This document shows, piece by piece, positions 23,201-36,559 of a DNA stretch of 64,000 nt. This DNA is from Mobula hypostoma (Eukaryota), in assembly GCF_963921235.1 (NCBI RefSeq), contig NC_086097.1, forward strand, positions 65,288,001-65,352,000, given 5' to 3'. Numbering within the stretch: the first letter of the stretch is position 1; every line of letters starts with the position of its first letter. The notes beneath the pieces are model-generated. The model was not told where the DNA came from, made no database searches, and saw only the letters and a list, made by a program, of their open reading frames with translations. The translations under genes were made by a program, and so were the position numbers.

Positions 23201-24927
23201 GGGCATAAATATGTATTTAATTGTACTCTGCCAAGTAAAATTAGTGTTGGAATGGCCATCTCAATCATATAATTGCAAAATGCACACCAATTGTTTGGCT
23301 TCAGATTCAGTATGACACGACAGATCAGAGATGCAGCTACGATTCCAGATAGCCATCTCATGGGCAAAATAGAGATTCCAGACCAAACTTGAATCAACAA
23401 GGGATGTTTGACAGCTGTGGCAGAGCTTGAATGCTATCACGTCCTACAAAGCGAAATCAAGTGACATGGGAAACAGCAGAACTTCGCTCCAGATGAGCTC
23501 AATGCCTCTGTGCTTGATTTGACTGTCAGAATATAGAGAAACCACCGTGAACCCCAACTTCTCCTGATAATGCTGTGATATCAATATCTGAAGCTGAATT
23601 GCGGTACAGCCTTCAGGAGGGTGAATCCACGGAAAGAAACTAGACCGGACAGTGTACCGGGCCACACACTAAAGACCTGTGCTGACCAACCGTGTGGTGT
23701 GTTCACTGAGGTCTTTAACCTCTCGCTTCGGCAGTGTGTGGTACACTCCTGTGTCATGTAGGCTTCAATTATACTGGTGCCCAAGAAGAGCATGGTGACC
23801 CGCCTCAATGACTATCACCATTGAAGTTACATCCACAGTGATGAAGTGTTTTGAGAGGCTGGTGACGAAACATATCAGCTCCTACCTGAGAAGCTGCTTG
23901 GTTCCTCTCCAATTTGACTGCTGGAGCAACAGATCCACAGCAGGTGCCATGTCATTGGCTCGTCACTCAATCCTGGAATATGTGGACAGCAACGGTACAC
24001 ACATCAGGATGCTTCTTATCCATGACAGCTCAGCAGTCAACACCATTATCCCCTCAAAACTAATAAGCTCCAAGACCTTGGCCTCAGTACCCCCTTGTGC
24101 AATTGGATCCTGGATTTCCTCAATTGTCGAATCCAGTCACTTCACATTGGCAACAACGTCTGCTCCACAATCTCCATCAGCACAGGTGCACCACAGGGCT
24201 GTCTGCTTTGCTCCCTGCTCTACTGGCTTCACACATATGACTGTGTGGCTAAGCACAGCTCCAATACCATATTCAAGTCTGCTGATGACACCACTTTTGT
24301 GGGCTGAATCAAAGTTGGTGATGAATCAACATGCAGAATGGAAATTGAAGATTTGGCTGAGTGGTGTCATAACATCAAACCTCTCATTCAACATTAGCAA
24401 GACCAAGGAAGTGATTGTCGACTTCAGAAGAGGGAAACCAGAGGTGGAGAGGGTTAGCAACTTTAAATTCTTAGGTGTTACAATTTCAAAGGATTTGGAT
24501 TGGATCCAGCAAATAGTGTAATTACAAAGAAAGCACAGCAGTACCTCTACTTCCTTGGGAGTCTGCAGAGATTTGGCATGACATCTAAAACTTTGACAAA
24601 ATTCTATATTTGCATATTGGAGAGTGTATTGACTGGCTGCATCATGGCCTGGTATGAAAACACCAATGCCTTTAAATCGAAAAATCCTACACAGTGCAGT
24701 GGATTCAGCCCAGAACTTCACAGGTAAAGCCCCACCAAATACTGAGCACACCTACATGAAACGCTGTCGAGAAAGCAGTGTCCATCATTAGAGTCTGCTA
24801 CCACCCAGATCATGCTTTTTTCTCACTGTTGCCATCCGGTAGAACATCAGTCCCCAACCTTTTTTGCATGGCAGAGCGGTTTAATATTGACAATATTTTT
24901 GCGGCGGGGGGGGGCTGGGTGTTCAAG

Positions 24928-27042
24928 TAGGGTTAAACTCACCTCAACAGGTCTTTTACAGTTAGGGTTGCCAACTTTCTCACTCCCAAATAAAGGACAA
25001 AAGTAGCAGTCAAATCCCAGGACACTTCACCTCAGGAAAGACTACCATGACCATGAAGCCTTGCGCGTACGTGCCGATGTTTTTCCCCCACAAATCGGTA
25101 TTGCCTTCATTTTCCCGACTATACTGTACATACATTATTTCTACTTTATATAGGCTGTGTATTTATCATATCATTCCTGCTTTTACTATATGTCCCCCAC
25201 CCTGCTCTCATGACTATACCCCTTCCCCACACAAAACCACCACGGTGTGCTTCACAGCTGAACAGGTGAGAAGACAGCTGAAACGTCTCAACCCAAGCAA
25301 GGCTGCAGACCCGGATGGTGTCAGTACCAGGGTGCTCAAAGCCTGTGCCCCTCAGCTATGTGGAGTACTTCGCCATGTATTCAACCTGAGCCTGAGGCTC
25401 CGGAGGGTTCCTGTGCTGTGGAAGACGTCCTGCCTCGTCCCTGTGCCGAAGACGCCGCGCCCCAGTGGCCTCAATGACTACAGACTGGTGGCATTGACCT
25501 CCCACATCATGAAGACCCTGGAGAGACTTGTTCTGGAGCTGCTCCGGCCTATGGTCAGACCACACTTAGATCCCCGCCAATTCACCTACCAGCCCCAACT
25601 AGGAGTTGAGGATGCCATCGTCTACCTGCTGAACCGTGTCTACACCCACTTGGACAAGCCAGCGAGCACTGTGAGTGTCATGTTTTTTGACTTCTCCAGG
25701 GCATTCAACACCATCTGCCCTGCTCTGCTGGGGGAGAAGCTGACAGCGATGCAGGTGGATGCTTCCCTGGTATCATGGATTCTTGATTACCTGACTGGCA
25801 GACCACAGTATGTGTGCTTGCAACACTGTGTGTCCGACAGAGTGATCAGCAGCACTGGGGCTCCACAGGGAACTGTCTTGTCTCCCTTTCACTTCACCAT
25901 TTACACTTCAGACTTCAGCTACTGCACAGAGTCTTGTCATCTTCAGAAGTTTTCGGATGACTCTGCCATAGTTGGATGCATCAGCAAGGGAGATGAGGCT
26001 GAGTACAGGGCTACGGTAGGAAACTTTGTCACATGATGTGAGCAGAATTATCTGCAGCTTAATGTGAAGAAGACTAAGGAGCTGGTGGTAGACCTGAGGA
26101 GAGCTAAGGTACCGGTGACCCCTGCTTCCATCCAGGGGGTCAGTGTGGACATGGTGGAGGATTACAAATACCTGGGGATACGAATTGACAATAAACTGGA
26201 CTGGTCTAAGAACACTGAGGCTGTCTACAAGAAGGGTCAGAGCTGTCTCTATTTCCTGAGGAGACTGAGGTCCTTTAACATCTGCCTGACGATGCTGAGG
26301 ATGTTCTACGAGTCTGTGGTGGCCAGTGCTATCATGTTTGCTGTTGTGTGCTGGGGCAGCAGGCTGAGGGTAGCAGACACCAACAGAATCAACAAACTCA
26401 TTCGTAAGGCCAGTGATGTTGTGGGGGTGGAACTGGACTCTCTCACGGTGGTGTCTGAAAAGAGGATGCTGTCTAAGTTGCATGCCATCTTGGTCAATGT
26501 CTCCCATCCACTACATAATGTACTGGGTGGGCACAGGAGTACATTCAGCCAGAGACTCATTCCACCGAGATGCAGCACTGAGCGTCATAGGAAGTCATTC
26601 CTGCCTGTGGCCATCAAACTTTACAACTCCTCCCTTGGAGAGTCAGACACCCTGAGCCAATAGGCTGGTCCTGGACTTATTTCATAATTTACATATTACT
26701 ACTTAACTGTTTATGGTTCTATTACTATTTGTTATTTATGGTGCAACTGTAACAAAAACCAATTTTCCCCGGGATCAATAAAGTATAATTATGACTATGT
26801 TAGCGTTATTTATTTTCTGTTTTATGTGTTATTTGGTATGATTTATTAGGTTATTTTTTGGGTCTGGGAACGCTCAAAAAGTTTTCCCATATAAATTAAT
26901 GGTAATTGCTTCTTTGCTTCACGCCATTTCGGGTCGAAAGGTTTCATAGGAAAGCTCTACCTTAGCGGGGGCAATACGGGGCAAACCAATTTAGCCCAAT
27001 ATTTGGGAAGTCTCGGCAAATACGGGACAGTTGGCAGCCCTA
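24928..27042. mobile_element. Second hAT MITE (TAGGG ends) carrying a Tigger terminal fragment
   Basis: TSD TGTTCAAG (24920-27) / CGTTCAAG (27043-50); TIR TAGGGTTGCCAACT at 24963 and TAGGGCTGCCAACT at the right end; ~25115-25192 plus ~26797-26965 match the reverse complement of the Tigger end at 58130-58540. Confidence 0.78.
25193..26796 (+). mobile_element. Young Rex1/Babar LINE, 5'-truncated RT
   Basis: ORFs 25047-26036 and 26064-26663 separated by one TGA; FFDFSRAFNTI, GAPQGTVLSP, KFSDDSA; degenerate ATGACT tail. Confidence 0.95.
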
Positions 27043-27562
27043 CGTTCAAGTTCAACAGTGCATGACAGGGAATGAGGAGAGGTGCAGCTGACTCATATTG
27101 TTTCCTCGCGGCCCGGTAGCACATGCTTTGTGGCCAGGTGGTTGGGGACCGCTGAGGTAGAAGGTGCAAGAGCCTCAGGACTCACACCATCAGGTTCAAG
27201 AACAGTTATTACCCCTGAACCATCTGGCTCTTCAACAAATGGAGATAATTACACTCACTTGCTCATCCACTGAAATGTTCCCACAACCAATGATCTCACT
27301 TTAAGGTCTCTTTATCTCATTGTCTCTTGTTCTCATCATTTATTGCTATTTGCACAATTTGTTGTCAACTGCACTCTGGTTGATCTTTCACTGATCCTGT
27401 TATAGTTACTATTCTATAGGTTTGCTGAGTATTGCAGCAGGAAAATGAATTTCAGGATTGTACAGTATTTGATGACAAATTTACTTTGACTTTGAGACTC
27501 ACATGCATTGCTATCAATTTTCAGCTTTTCAACTTGTCCAGGTTTTAAACTGGTGCATGGGT

Positions 27563-30500
27563 TAGAAACATAGAAAACTTACAGCACAATATAGGCCCTT
27601 CAGCCCACAAATCCGTGCTGAACATGTCCTTACCTTAGAACTAATTAGGCTTACCCATAGCCCTCTATTTTCCTAAGCTCCATGTACCTATCTAGGAATC
27701 TCTGAAAAGACCCTATCGTATCCGCCTCCACCACAGTCGTCAGCAGCCCATTCCACGCACTCACCACTCTCTGCATAAAAAACGTACCCCTGACATCCCC
27801 TCTGCACCTACTTCCAAGCACCTTAAAACTGTGCCCTCTCATCATCTTACACACTTCTATTAGGTCACCTTTCATCTTCCATTGTTCCAAGGAGAAAAGG
27901 CCAAGTTCACTCAACCTATTCTCGTAAGGGATGCACCCCAATCCAGGGAACATACTTGTAAATCTCCTCTACATCCTTTATATGGTTTCCACATCCTTCC
28001 TATTGTGAGGGGACCTGAACTGAGCACAGTACTCCAAATGGCATCTGACCAGAGTCCTATACAACTGTAACATCTTGGCTCTTGAATTCAATCCCACAGT
28101 TGATGAAGGCCAATGCACTGTATGCCTTCTTAACCATACAGTCGACCTGCGCAGCAGCTTTGAATGTCCTATGGACACGGACCCCAAGATCTCTCTGATG
28201 TTCCACACTACCAAGAGTCTGACCATTAATACTATATTCTGCTATCATATTTGACCTCCCAAAATGAACTACCTCACACTTATCTGAGTTGAACTCCATC
28301 TGCCACTTCTCAGCCCAGTTGTGCATCCTATCGATGTCCTGCTGTAACCTCTGACAACCCTCCACACTATCCACAACACGCCCAACCTTTGTGTCATCAC
28401 CAAATTTACTAACCCATCCCTCCACTTCCTCATCCAGGTCATTTATAAAAATCACGAAGAGAAGGGGTCCCAGATCCGATCCCTGATGCACACAACTGAT
28501 CACCAACCTCCATGCAGAATATGACCCATCTGCAACCACCCTTTGCCTTCTGTGGGCAAGCCAAGTCTGGATCCACAAAGCAAGGTCCCCTTGGATCTCA
28601 TGCCTCCTTACTTTCTCAGTAAGTCTTGTATGGGGTACCTTATTAAATGCCTTGCTGAAATCCATACACACTACATCTACTGCTCTACCTTTATCAATGT
28701 GTTTAGTTATATCCTCAAAAAAAAATTCAATCAAGTTGGTAAGGCACGACCTACCTTTGACAAAGGCAATGCTGACTATTGCTAATCATATTATGCCTCT
28801 CCAAATGTTCATAAATCCTGCCTCTCAGGATCTTCTCCATCAACTTACCAACTACTGAAGTAAGACTCACTGGTCTATAATTTCCTGGGCCATCTCTACT
28901 CCCTTTCTTGAATAAGGACAAAACATCTGCAACCCTCCAATCCTCTGGAACCTCTCCTGATCCCATTGATGATGCAAAGATCATTGCCAGAGGCTCAGCA
29001 ATCTCCTCCCTCGCCTCCCACAGTAGCCTGGGGTACACCTCATCCGGTCCCGGAGACTTATTCAACTTGATGCTTTCTAAAAGATCCAGCACATCCTCTT
29101 TCTCAATGTCGATATGCTCAAGCTTTCCAGTCTGCTGTAAGTAATTCCCTGCAATCACCAACGTCCTTTTCCATAGTGAATACTGAAGTAAAGTATTCAT
29201 TAAGTACCTCTGCTGTCTCCTCCAGTTCCATACACACTTTTCCACTGTCACATTTGATTGGTCCTATTCTCTCGTATCTTATCCTTTTACTCTTCACATA
29301 CTTGTAGAATGCCTTAGCGTTTTCTTAATCCTGCTCGCCAAGGCTTTCTCATGGCCCCCTCTGGCTCTCCTAATTTCATTCTTAAGCTCCTTCCTGCTAG
29401 CTTTATAGTTTTCTAGATCTTATCATTATCTAGTTTTTGGAACCTTTCGTAAGCTTTTCTTTTCTTTTTGACTAGATTTTCAACAGCCTTTGTACACCAC
29501 AGTTCCTGTACCCTACCATCCTTTCCCTGTCTCATTGGAACGTACCTATGCAGAACACCACACAAATATTCGCTGAACATTTTCCACATTTTTGCCGTAC
29601 ATTTCCCTGAGAACATCTATTCCCAATATATACTGTACTTCCAAGTTTCTGCCTGATAGCTTCATATTTCCCTTTCCCCATTAAACACTTTCTGAATTTG
29701 TCTGTTCCTATCCCTTTCTAATGCTATGATAAATGAGATAGAATTGTAATCACTATCTCCAAAATGCTCTCCCACTGAGAGACCTGACACCTGACCGGGT
29801 TCATTTCCCAATCCCAGATCAACTACAGCCTCTCCTTTTATAGGCTTATCTACATACTGTGTCAGGAAACGTTCCTGAACACACCTAATAAACTCCACCC
29901 CATTTAAACCCCTCGCTCTAGGGAGATGCCAATCGATATTATGGAAATTAAGATCTCCCACCACGACAACCCTGTTATTATTGCATCTTTCCAGAATCTG
30001 TCTCCCTATCTGCTCCTCAATGTCCATGTTACTATTGGGTGGTCTATATAAAAAAAAACACCCAGATGAGTTATTAACCCTTTCCTGTTCCTAATTTCCA
30101 CCCATAGAGACTCAGTAGACAATTCCTCCTTTTCTGCAGCCATGACACTATCTCTGATCAGCAGTGCCATGCCCCCACCTCTTTTGCCTCCCTCCCTGTC
30201 CTTTCTGAAATATCTAAAGCCTGGCATTCTAAGTAGCCATTCCTGCCCCTGAGCCATCCAAGGCTCTGTAATAGCCACAACATCATAGTTCCAAGTACTG
30301 GTCCACACTCTAAGCTCACCTGCTTTGTTCATGATACTCCTTGCATTAAAATAGACATCAGTCTGAGTGCATCCCTTCTCTATCACCTGCCTATCCTCCC
30401 TCTCACACTGTCTACAATCTTTCTCAATTTGTGAGCCAACTGCCCTTTCCTCCGTCTCTTCAGTTTGGTTCCAATCCCCCATCAATTCTAGTTTAAACTC

Positions 30501-31570
30501 TCCCTAATACCCTTAGCAAACCTCCCGGCCAGGATATTGGTCCGCTTTGGATTCAAGTGCAGTCCATCCTTTTTGTACAGGTCACGTTTGTCCCAAAAGA
30601 GGTCTCAATGATCCAGAAATCTGAATCCCTGCCCCCAGCTCCAATCCCTCCTCCACCTCACTGTATTCCTACACTCACTGTCGCGTGGTACAGGCAGCAA
30701 TCCTGAGATTACTACCTTTGAGGTCCTGCTTCTCAACTTCCTTCCTAACTCCCTGCAGTCTGTTTTCAGGACCTCCTCCCTTTTCCTACCTATGTCGTTG
30801 GTACCATATGTACCATGACCTCTGGCTGTTCACCTTCCCACTTCAGGATATCATGGATGCAACCAGAAACAACCTGGACCCTGGCACCTGGGAGGCAAAC
30901 TACCATCCGTGTTTCTTTCCTGCGTCCACAGAATTGCTCATCTAACCCCCTTACTATAGAATCCTTTATCACTGCTGCCATCTTCTTCCTTTCCCTACCC
31001 TTCTGAGCCACAGGGCCAGAGTCTGTGCCTAGGTAGGTCGTATCCCCCCAACAGTACTCAAACAGGAGTACTTATTCTTAAGGGGGACAGCCACAGGGGT
31101 ACTATCTGGTATCTGACTCCTGCCCTTCCCTCTTCTGAGTGTTACCCGCTTATCTGTCTCCCAAAGCCCTGGTGTGACTTCTTGCCCATAGCTCCTCTCT
31201 ATCACCTCCTCACTTTCCCTGACCAGATGAAGGTCATCGAGCTGCAAGTCCAGTTCCCTAACGCGGTCCATGAGGAGCTGCAGCTCGACGCACCTGATGC
31301 AGATGTGGCTGTCTGGGAGGCTGGGAGTTTCCTGGACATCCCACATCTGACACCCCGTACAGAACACCACCCTCAGAGATATACTTCCTATTCTTCACAG
31401 GTAACTTACCTCACCCCGACCCATTATCGCTGAAGCCCCGTTGTGCCAAAGCCCTCCTACTTGACTCCTTCTACTCTGATGGCTGCTCTATAAAGCTGAG
31501 TTTTTAAAAAATTCTTCCTACCGGTCTAACTTGCTGACATCCACGTGCCTGCACAGTCGTGCCTCAATCG
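27563..31570 (-). mobile_element. Near full-length CR1 (HER1-like) LINE, decayed
   Basis: ORF1 Cys-finger/zipper CTGCQMW..CIRC and SGNH-like DSIVRG..CLPGARV; ORF2 APE (YFNARS, ITEPW, GDLN, SDYN) and RT (DFSKAFNKV, QGSDLGP, FGDDTK); CR1 tail. Confidence 0.95.
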
Positions 31571-32264
31571 CCAAGGGCTCTATATTATGTATTTTGTTTT
31601 TAAAGGACTTCACGTGATTACAAATTGATATTGTCCAATGGACCCAAATATTAAGATAACAAGAACATTAAATTTAAGAAGCAGACAAGCCAAAAAAAAT
31701 TCTGTTACCTATAAGACCATAGACATAGGAGTAGAATTAAGCCATTTGGTTCATCGAGTGTGCTCCACCATTTAATCATGGCTGATCCTTTATTTTCCCT
31801 CCTCAGCCTTCTCCCCATAACCTTTGATGCCATGTCCAGTCAAGAACCTATCAATCTCTGCCTTAAATACAATGAACGACCTGGCCTCCACAGCTCCATG
31901 TGGTAAATAATTCTACAAATTCATCCCCCCGCCAGCTAAAGAAATCGCTCTGCATCTCTGTTTTAAATGGACACCCCTATATCTGAGGCTATACTCTCTT
32001 GTCCAAGACTCTCCTAGCATGGGAAACATCCTTTCCACATCTACTCTGTCTAGGCCTTTCAACATTCGAAAGGTTTCAATGAGATATCCCCCGCCTTCTA
32101 AATCCCAGCGAGTAGAGACCCAGAGCCATCAAACATTTGTCGTACGATAACCCTTTCATTCTTGGAATCATCCTTATAAACCTCCTCTGAACCCTCTCCA
32201 ATGCCAGCACCCTCTCCAAGGAGACCAAACGTGATCACAGTACTCAAGGTGAGGCCTCACCAAG

Positions 32265-33204
32265 TGAAGTCAAGTCACTTTTTATTGTCATTTCAACCAT
32301 AATTACTGGTACAGAACATAGTAAAGATGAGACAACATTTTTCAGGACCATGGTGCTATATGAAACAATACAAAAACTACACTGAACTACGTAAGAAAAA
32401 ACACAAAAACCACACTAGACTACAGACCTATCCAGGACTGCATAAAGTGCACAAAACAGTGCAGGCATTACAATAAATAAAGAGTTTGTATGAGGGGTGC
32501 GTGGGGTTCTTCATAATGCTGTTTGCTTTGTGGATGCAGCGTGTGGTGTAAATGTCTGTGATGGCGGGAAGAGAGACCCTGATGATCTTCTCAGCTGATC
32601 TCACTATCCGCTGCAGGGTCTTGCGATCTGAGATGGTGCAATTTCCGAACCAGGCCGTGACGCAGCTGCTCAGGATGCTCTCAATACAACCTCTGTAGAA
32701 TGTGGTGAGGATGGGGCGTGGGAGATGGACTTTTCTCAACCTTTGCAGAAAGTAGAGGTGCTGCTGGGCTTTCTTTGCTATGGAGCTGGTGTTGAGGGAG
32801 CAGGTGAGATTCTCCGCCAGGTGGACACCAAGAAATTTGGTGCTCTTAACGATCTCTATAGAGGAGAGTCATCCATGTTCAGCGGAGAGTGGTCACTCCG
32901 TGTCCTCCTGAAGTCAACAACCATCTCTTTTGTTTCGTTCACATTCAGAGACAGATTGTTGGCTCTGCACCAGTCCGTTAGCCGCTGCATCTCCTCTCTG
33001 TATGCTGACTCATCATTCTTGCTGATGAGACCCACCACGGTCATGTCATCGGTGAACTTGATGATGTGGTTCGAGCTGTGTGTTGCAGCACAGTCATGGG
33101 TTAGTAGAGTGAACAGCAGTGGACAGAGCACACAGCCCTGGAGGGGGGGGGGAGGCGTGCTCAGCGTGATGGTGTTGGAGATGCTGCTTCCAATCCAGAA
33201 GGAC
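32265..33204 (-). mobile_element. Rex1/Babar LINE 3' fragment with internal deletion
   Basis: IIKFTDDMTVVGLI; same 3'UTR as the 7373 copy but ~160 bp shorter. Confidence 0.9.
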
Positions 33205-33604
33205 TGAAGACTCTCAAGTCCCTTTGCATCTCAGAATTTTGGATTTTCTCGCTGTTCAGAAAATAGTCTGTGCATTTATTTCTTCTACCGATTTGCATGA
33301 CCATGCATTTTCTGACATTGTACTTCATTTGCCACTTTCTTGCCCATTCTCCTAAACTCCTTCTGCAGCGTACCTGTTTCCTCAACATGACCTGCCCCCT
33401 CCACCAATCTTCACATCACCTGCAAACTTGGCAACAAAGCCATCTATTCCATCATCTAAATCGTTGATATACAGATTAAGAATAAGCGGTCTCAACACAA
33501 ATCCCTACGAAACACCACTAGTCACTAGCAGTCAACCAAAAAGGATCCTTTTATTCCCACTTGCTGCCTCCTACCAAACAAATAATGCTGTAACCATGCC
33601 AGTA

Positions 33605-33930
33605 TAATACAAAGGCATCCGTTAGTCTTGCGAGACCATGGATCTGCGCCTGGAAAGTCTTCACTCTCCAGGGCACAGGCCTGGGCAAGGTTGTATGGAA
33701 GACCAGCAGTTGCCCATGCTGCAAGTCTCCATTCTCCACGACACCAATGTTATCCAAGGGAAGGGCATTAGGACCCATACAGCTTGGCACCAGTGTCGTC
33801 GCACAGCAATGTGTGATTAAGTGCCTTGCTCAAGGACACAACATGTTCCCTCAGCTGGGGCTCGAATTCATGACCTTCAGGTAGCTAGTCCAATGCCTTA
33901 ACCAATTGGCCACCTGCCCACAAAATGTCA
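33605..33930 (-). mobile_element. tRNA-derived CORE-type SINE
   Basis: A box TGGCCAATTGG, B box GAATTCGAGCC, core GTGTCCTTGAGCAAGGCACTTAA; TSD ATGCCAGTA / ATGCCGGTA. Confidence 0.87.
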
Positions 33931-34354
33931 ATGCCGGTAACTTTCCTTTAATACCATGGGCTCTTAACTTGGTTAGCAGCCTCATGTGTGGCACCTTATC
34001 AAAGGCCTTCTGAAAGTCCCAAATATACAACATCCACTGCATTCCCTTTATCTATCCTATTTGTAATCTCCTCAAAAATTCCAACCAGTTTGTCAGGCAA
34101 GTTTTTCCCTTAAGGAAACCATGCTGACTTTGTCCTATCTTGTACTGTGTCACCAAGTACTCCATAACCTCATCCTTAATAATCGACTCGAACATCTTCC
34201 CCACCAGTAGATCTATCACAGCAGTCCAATGTGGTGACTGTAAGGAATGCTTCTCATACAAATCTTTAGCACTCCATTTATCCTTTTTCTATTTATTGCT
34301 GTGTTTTTCCATTATTTATTACTTGAGTGTGATGCTTCTCTCTCCTGGTTGGAG

Positions 34355-35216
34355 CATAGTCATCGTCATAGTCATACTTTATTGATCCGGGGGAAGTTGG
34401 TTTTCGTTACAGTTGCACCATAAATAATAAGTAGTTATAGAACCATAAATAGTTAAATAGTAATATGTAAATTATGCCGGTAAAGTATGAAATAAGTCCA
34501 GGACCAGCCTATTGGCTCAGGGTGTCTGACCCTCCAAGGGAGGAGTTGTGAAGTTTGATGGCCACAGGCAGGAATGACTTCCTATGACGCTCTGTGCTGC
34601 ATCTTGGTGGAATGAGTCTCTGGCTGAATGTACTCCTGTGCCCACCCAGGACATTATGTAGTGGATGGGAGACATTGACCAAGATGGCATGCAACTTAGA
34701 CAGCATCCTCTTTTCAGACACCACCGTGAGAAAGTCCAGTTCCATCCCCACAACATTACTGGCCTTACGAATGAGTTTGTTGATTCTGTTGGTGTCTGCT
34801 ACCCTCAGCCTGCTTCCCCAGCACACAACAGCAAACATGATCGCACTGGCCACCACAGACTGGTAGAACATCCTCAGCATCGTCCGGCAGATGTTAAAAG
34901 GACCTCAGTCTCCTCAGGAAATAGAGACAGCTCTGACCCTTCTTGTAGGCAGCCTCAGTGTTCTTTGACCAGTCCAGTTTATTGTCAATTCGTATCCCCA
35001 GGTATCTGTAATCCTCCACCATGTCCACACTGACCCCCTGGATAGAAACAGGGGTCACTGGTACCTTAGCTCTCCTCAGGTCTACCACCAGCTCCTTAGT
35101 CTTTTTCACATTAAGCTGCAGATAATTCTGCTCACACCATGTGACAAAGTTTCCTACCGTAGCCCTGTACTCAGCCTCATCTCCCTTGCTGATGCATCCA
35201 ACTATGGCAGAGTCAT
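34355..35216 (-). mobile_element. Young Rex1/Babar LINE 3' fragment
   Basis: Near-identical to 25960-26796; ATGACT tail. Confidence 0.95.
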
Positions 35217-36159
35217 AGAGAGACTTGTGGCTTAGAAGACAGTAAAATATTAAGAACTTAGAACATATTTAGATTTTACCCTACTTACTGTTATATTATG
35301 CCTTCATCAGCATCTCTTAATTATCTAATTTTGCTTTAAGAATTTGTTTCAGCTTTTTTCTATTATAGAATACAAGGATACACACTAAACTTCCTGTTCC
35401 TTATGTACCTTAGTGAATATAATCACCTGAAAGTGATTAGTTACTAAAGGCAAATAATGAATCATGAAATGAAATAATGAATACATGACAGATACCTTCT
35501 GTACTTCCAGACACTGAGGCATCTGACGATATCCAATTACCCTGCTACCTTTCACACATTAAGGCAACTGCCACAGCAGAGCTCTCCCATTAACCTGTTA
35601 ACATAAAAATTACCTTCATGACATATTTGTGGAGTTGTAAGTAATTCAGAAAAAAAAACAAAGTAAATATGGTATATTTCTTGTGCATGGTTTCATTTTC
35701 CAAATAAAGTCAAATAATTACTGAGCTACATTTCACTTCAAAATGTCAAAGCTCAAGAAGATACAAATTAGGTCCTATTAAAGGAAGTTATTCATTCTTT
35801 CAAGAAAAAATATTTCTAATTTACTGTAATATGACCAATTGCAATCCATAATTGCATATGTTATAAATTGTATAATGTTATTTATGGTACGTGCCAGCAG
35901 CAATAGACTACAGACACAGATTTTTTTAATGTTAAATAACTATATTTTCAATTTTATAGTCAATTAAAACAATTACTCCCCTAACCAAAATTAACAGTGC
36001 AATGCATCTTAGCTCACAAACTGTGGAGGTCTGGAAACAGTTCTTCCCTGGTCTTACTCAACCCAAAATATAGACAATTTAAACAGAGTCCTAGGATGGC
36101 AATCCAGAAGGTTCTGAAATCCACGGGAACTGGTACAGGTGTCTGTGAGGAAGGGTTCA

Positions 36160-36440
36160 TAAATCCACAATACGACGACATAAGGTGACAGTCACAGAAG
36201 ATTCCAGAAGTCGAGCGGTCATCACTCAAATACTAGAGTCCACGCAGGGATAACAAGGTCATGCCTAAGTTCCAAAATCCACATAGGCATTCACAAGGAG
36301 ACAGTCACTGAATATTCCTTATCACAAGTGGTCGCCACGTAACACACCCAAATCCATGTATAGGTTAACAAAAAGTGGTCACCACAGAATACTGCAGAAA
36401 TCCAAGTATGGATCATACAAAGTGACAGTCACGTATCCAA
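36160..36440. repeat. Degenerate ~45-bp repeat array
   Basis: Recurrent AATCCA..N~14..AA(G/A)GTGACAGTCAC units. Confidence 0.55.
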
Positions 36441-36559
36441 TATGCACTGTGTGCCGTAAATTATCACAAACTTCCGACACGGAGAAATATTGGGACCGCC
36501 CACGGCTGTAGTGAACTCCTCAACTCAATTCACTCCCTTGCTGGTAGCTCACAGTCCGT

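Larger units (their letters stand above)
24845..27154. mobile_element. hAT Charlie-type MITE (outer shell of a composite)
   Basis: TIRs CATCAGTCCCCAACC / CAGCGGTCCCCAACC; TSD CGGTAGAA / AGGTAGAA. Confidence 0.88.
23320..27492 (+). mobile_element. Old Rex1/Babar LINE (RT, decayed), split at 24845-27154
   Basis: TSTVMKCFERLV, STGAPQG..KSADDTT, KKAQQYLYFL; resumes after 27162 with RFKNSYYP and the 3'UTR. Confidence 0.87.
31710..34205 (-). mobile_element. CR1 LINE 3' half (second subfamily), interrupted by Rex1 and a SINE
   Basis: QHGFLKGKTCLTN, DFQKAFDKVPH, WARKWQMKYN; tail shared with 55150 and 63000. Confidence 0.9.

Noticed and set aside
22873..23400. Pro/Ser-rich 175-aa ORF
   Set aside because: Product of the low-complexity purine tract.
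26064..26663. Host gene call (ALKBH8_N/DUF1891-like) for Rex1 C-terminal ORFs
   Set aside because: This is the Rex1/Babar RT C-terminus, present in many copies with LINE tails.
33850..33922. tRNA gene (also 40190-40262)
   Set aside because: A/B boxes run straight into a SINE core and tail; no acceptor stem.
36160..36440. CRISPR-like repeat/spacer array
   Set aside because: Vertebrate DNA, degenerate and irregular repeats, no cas genes.
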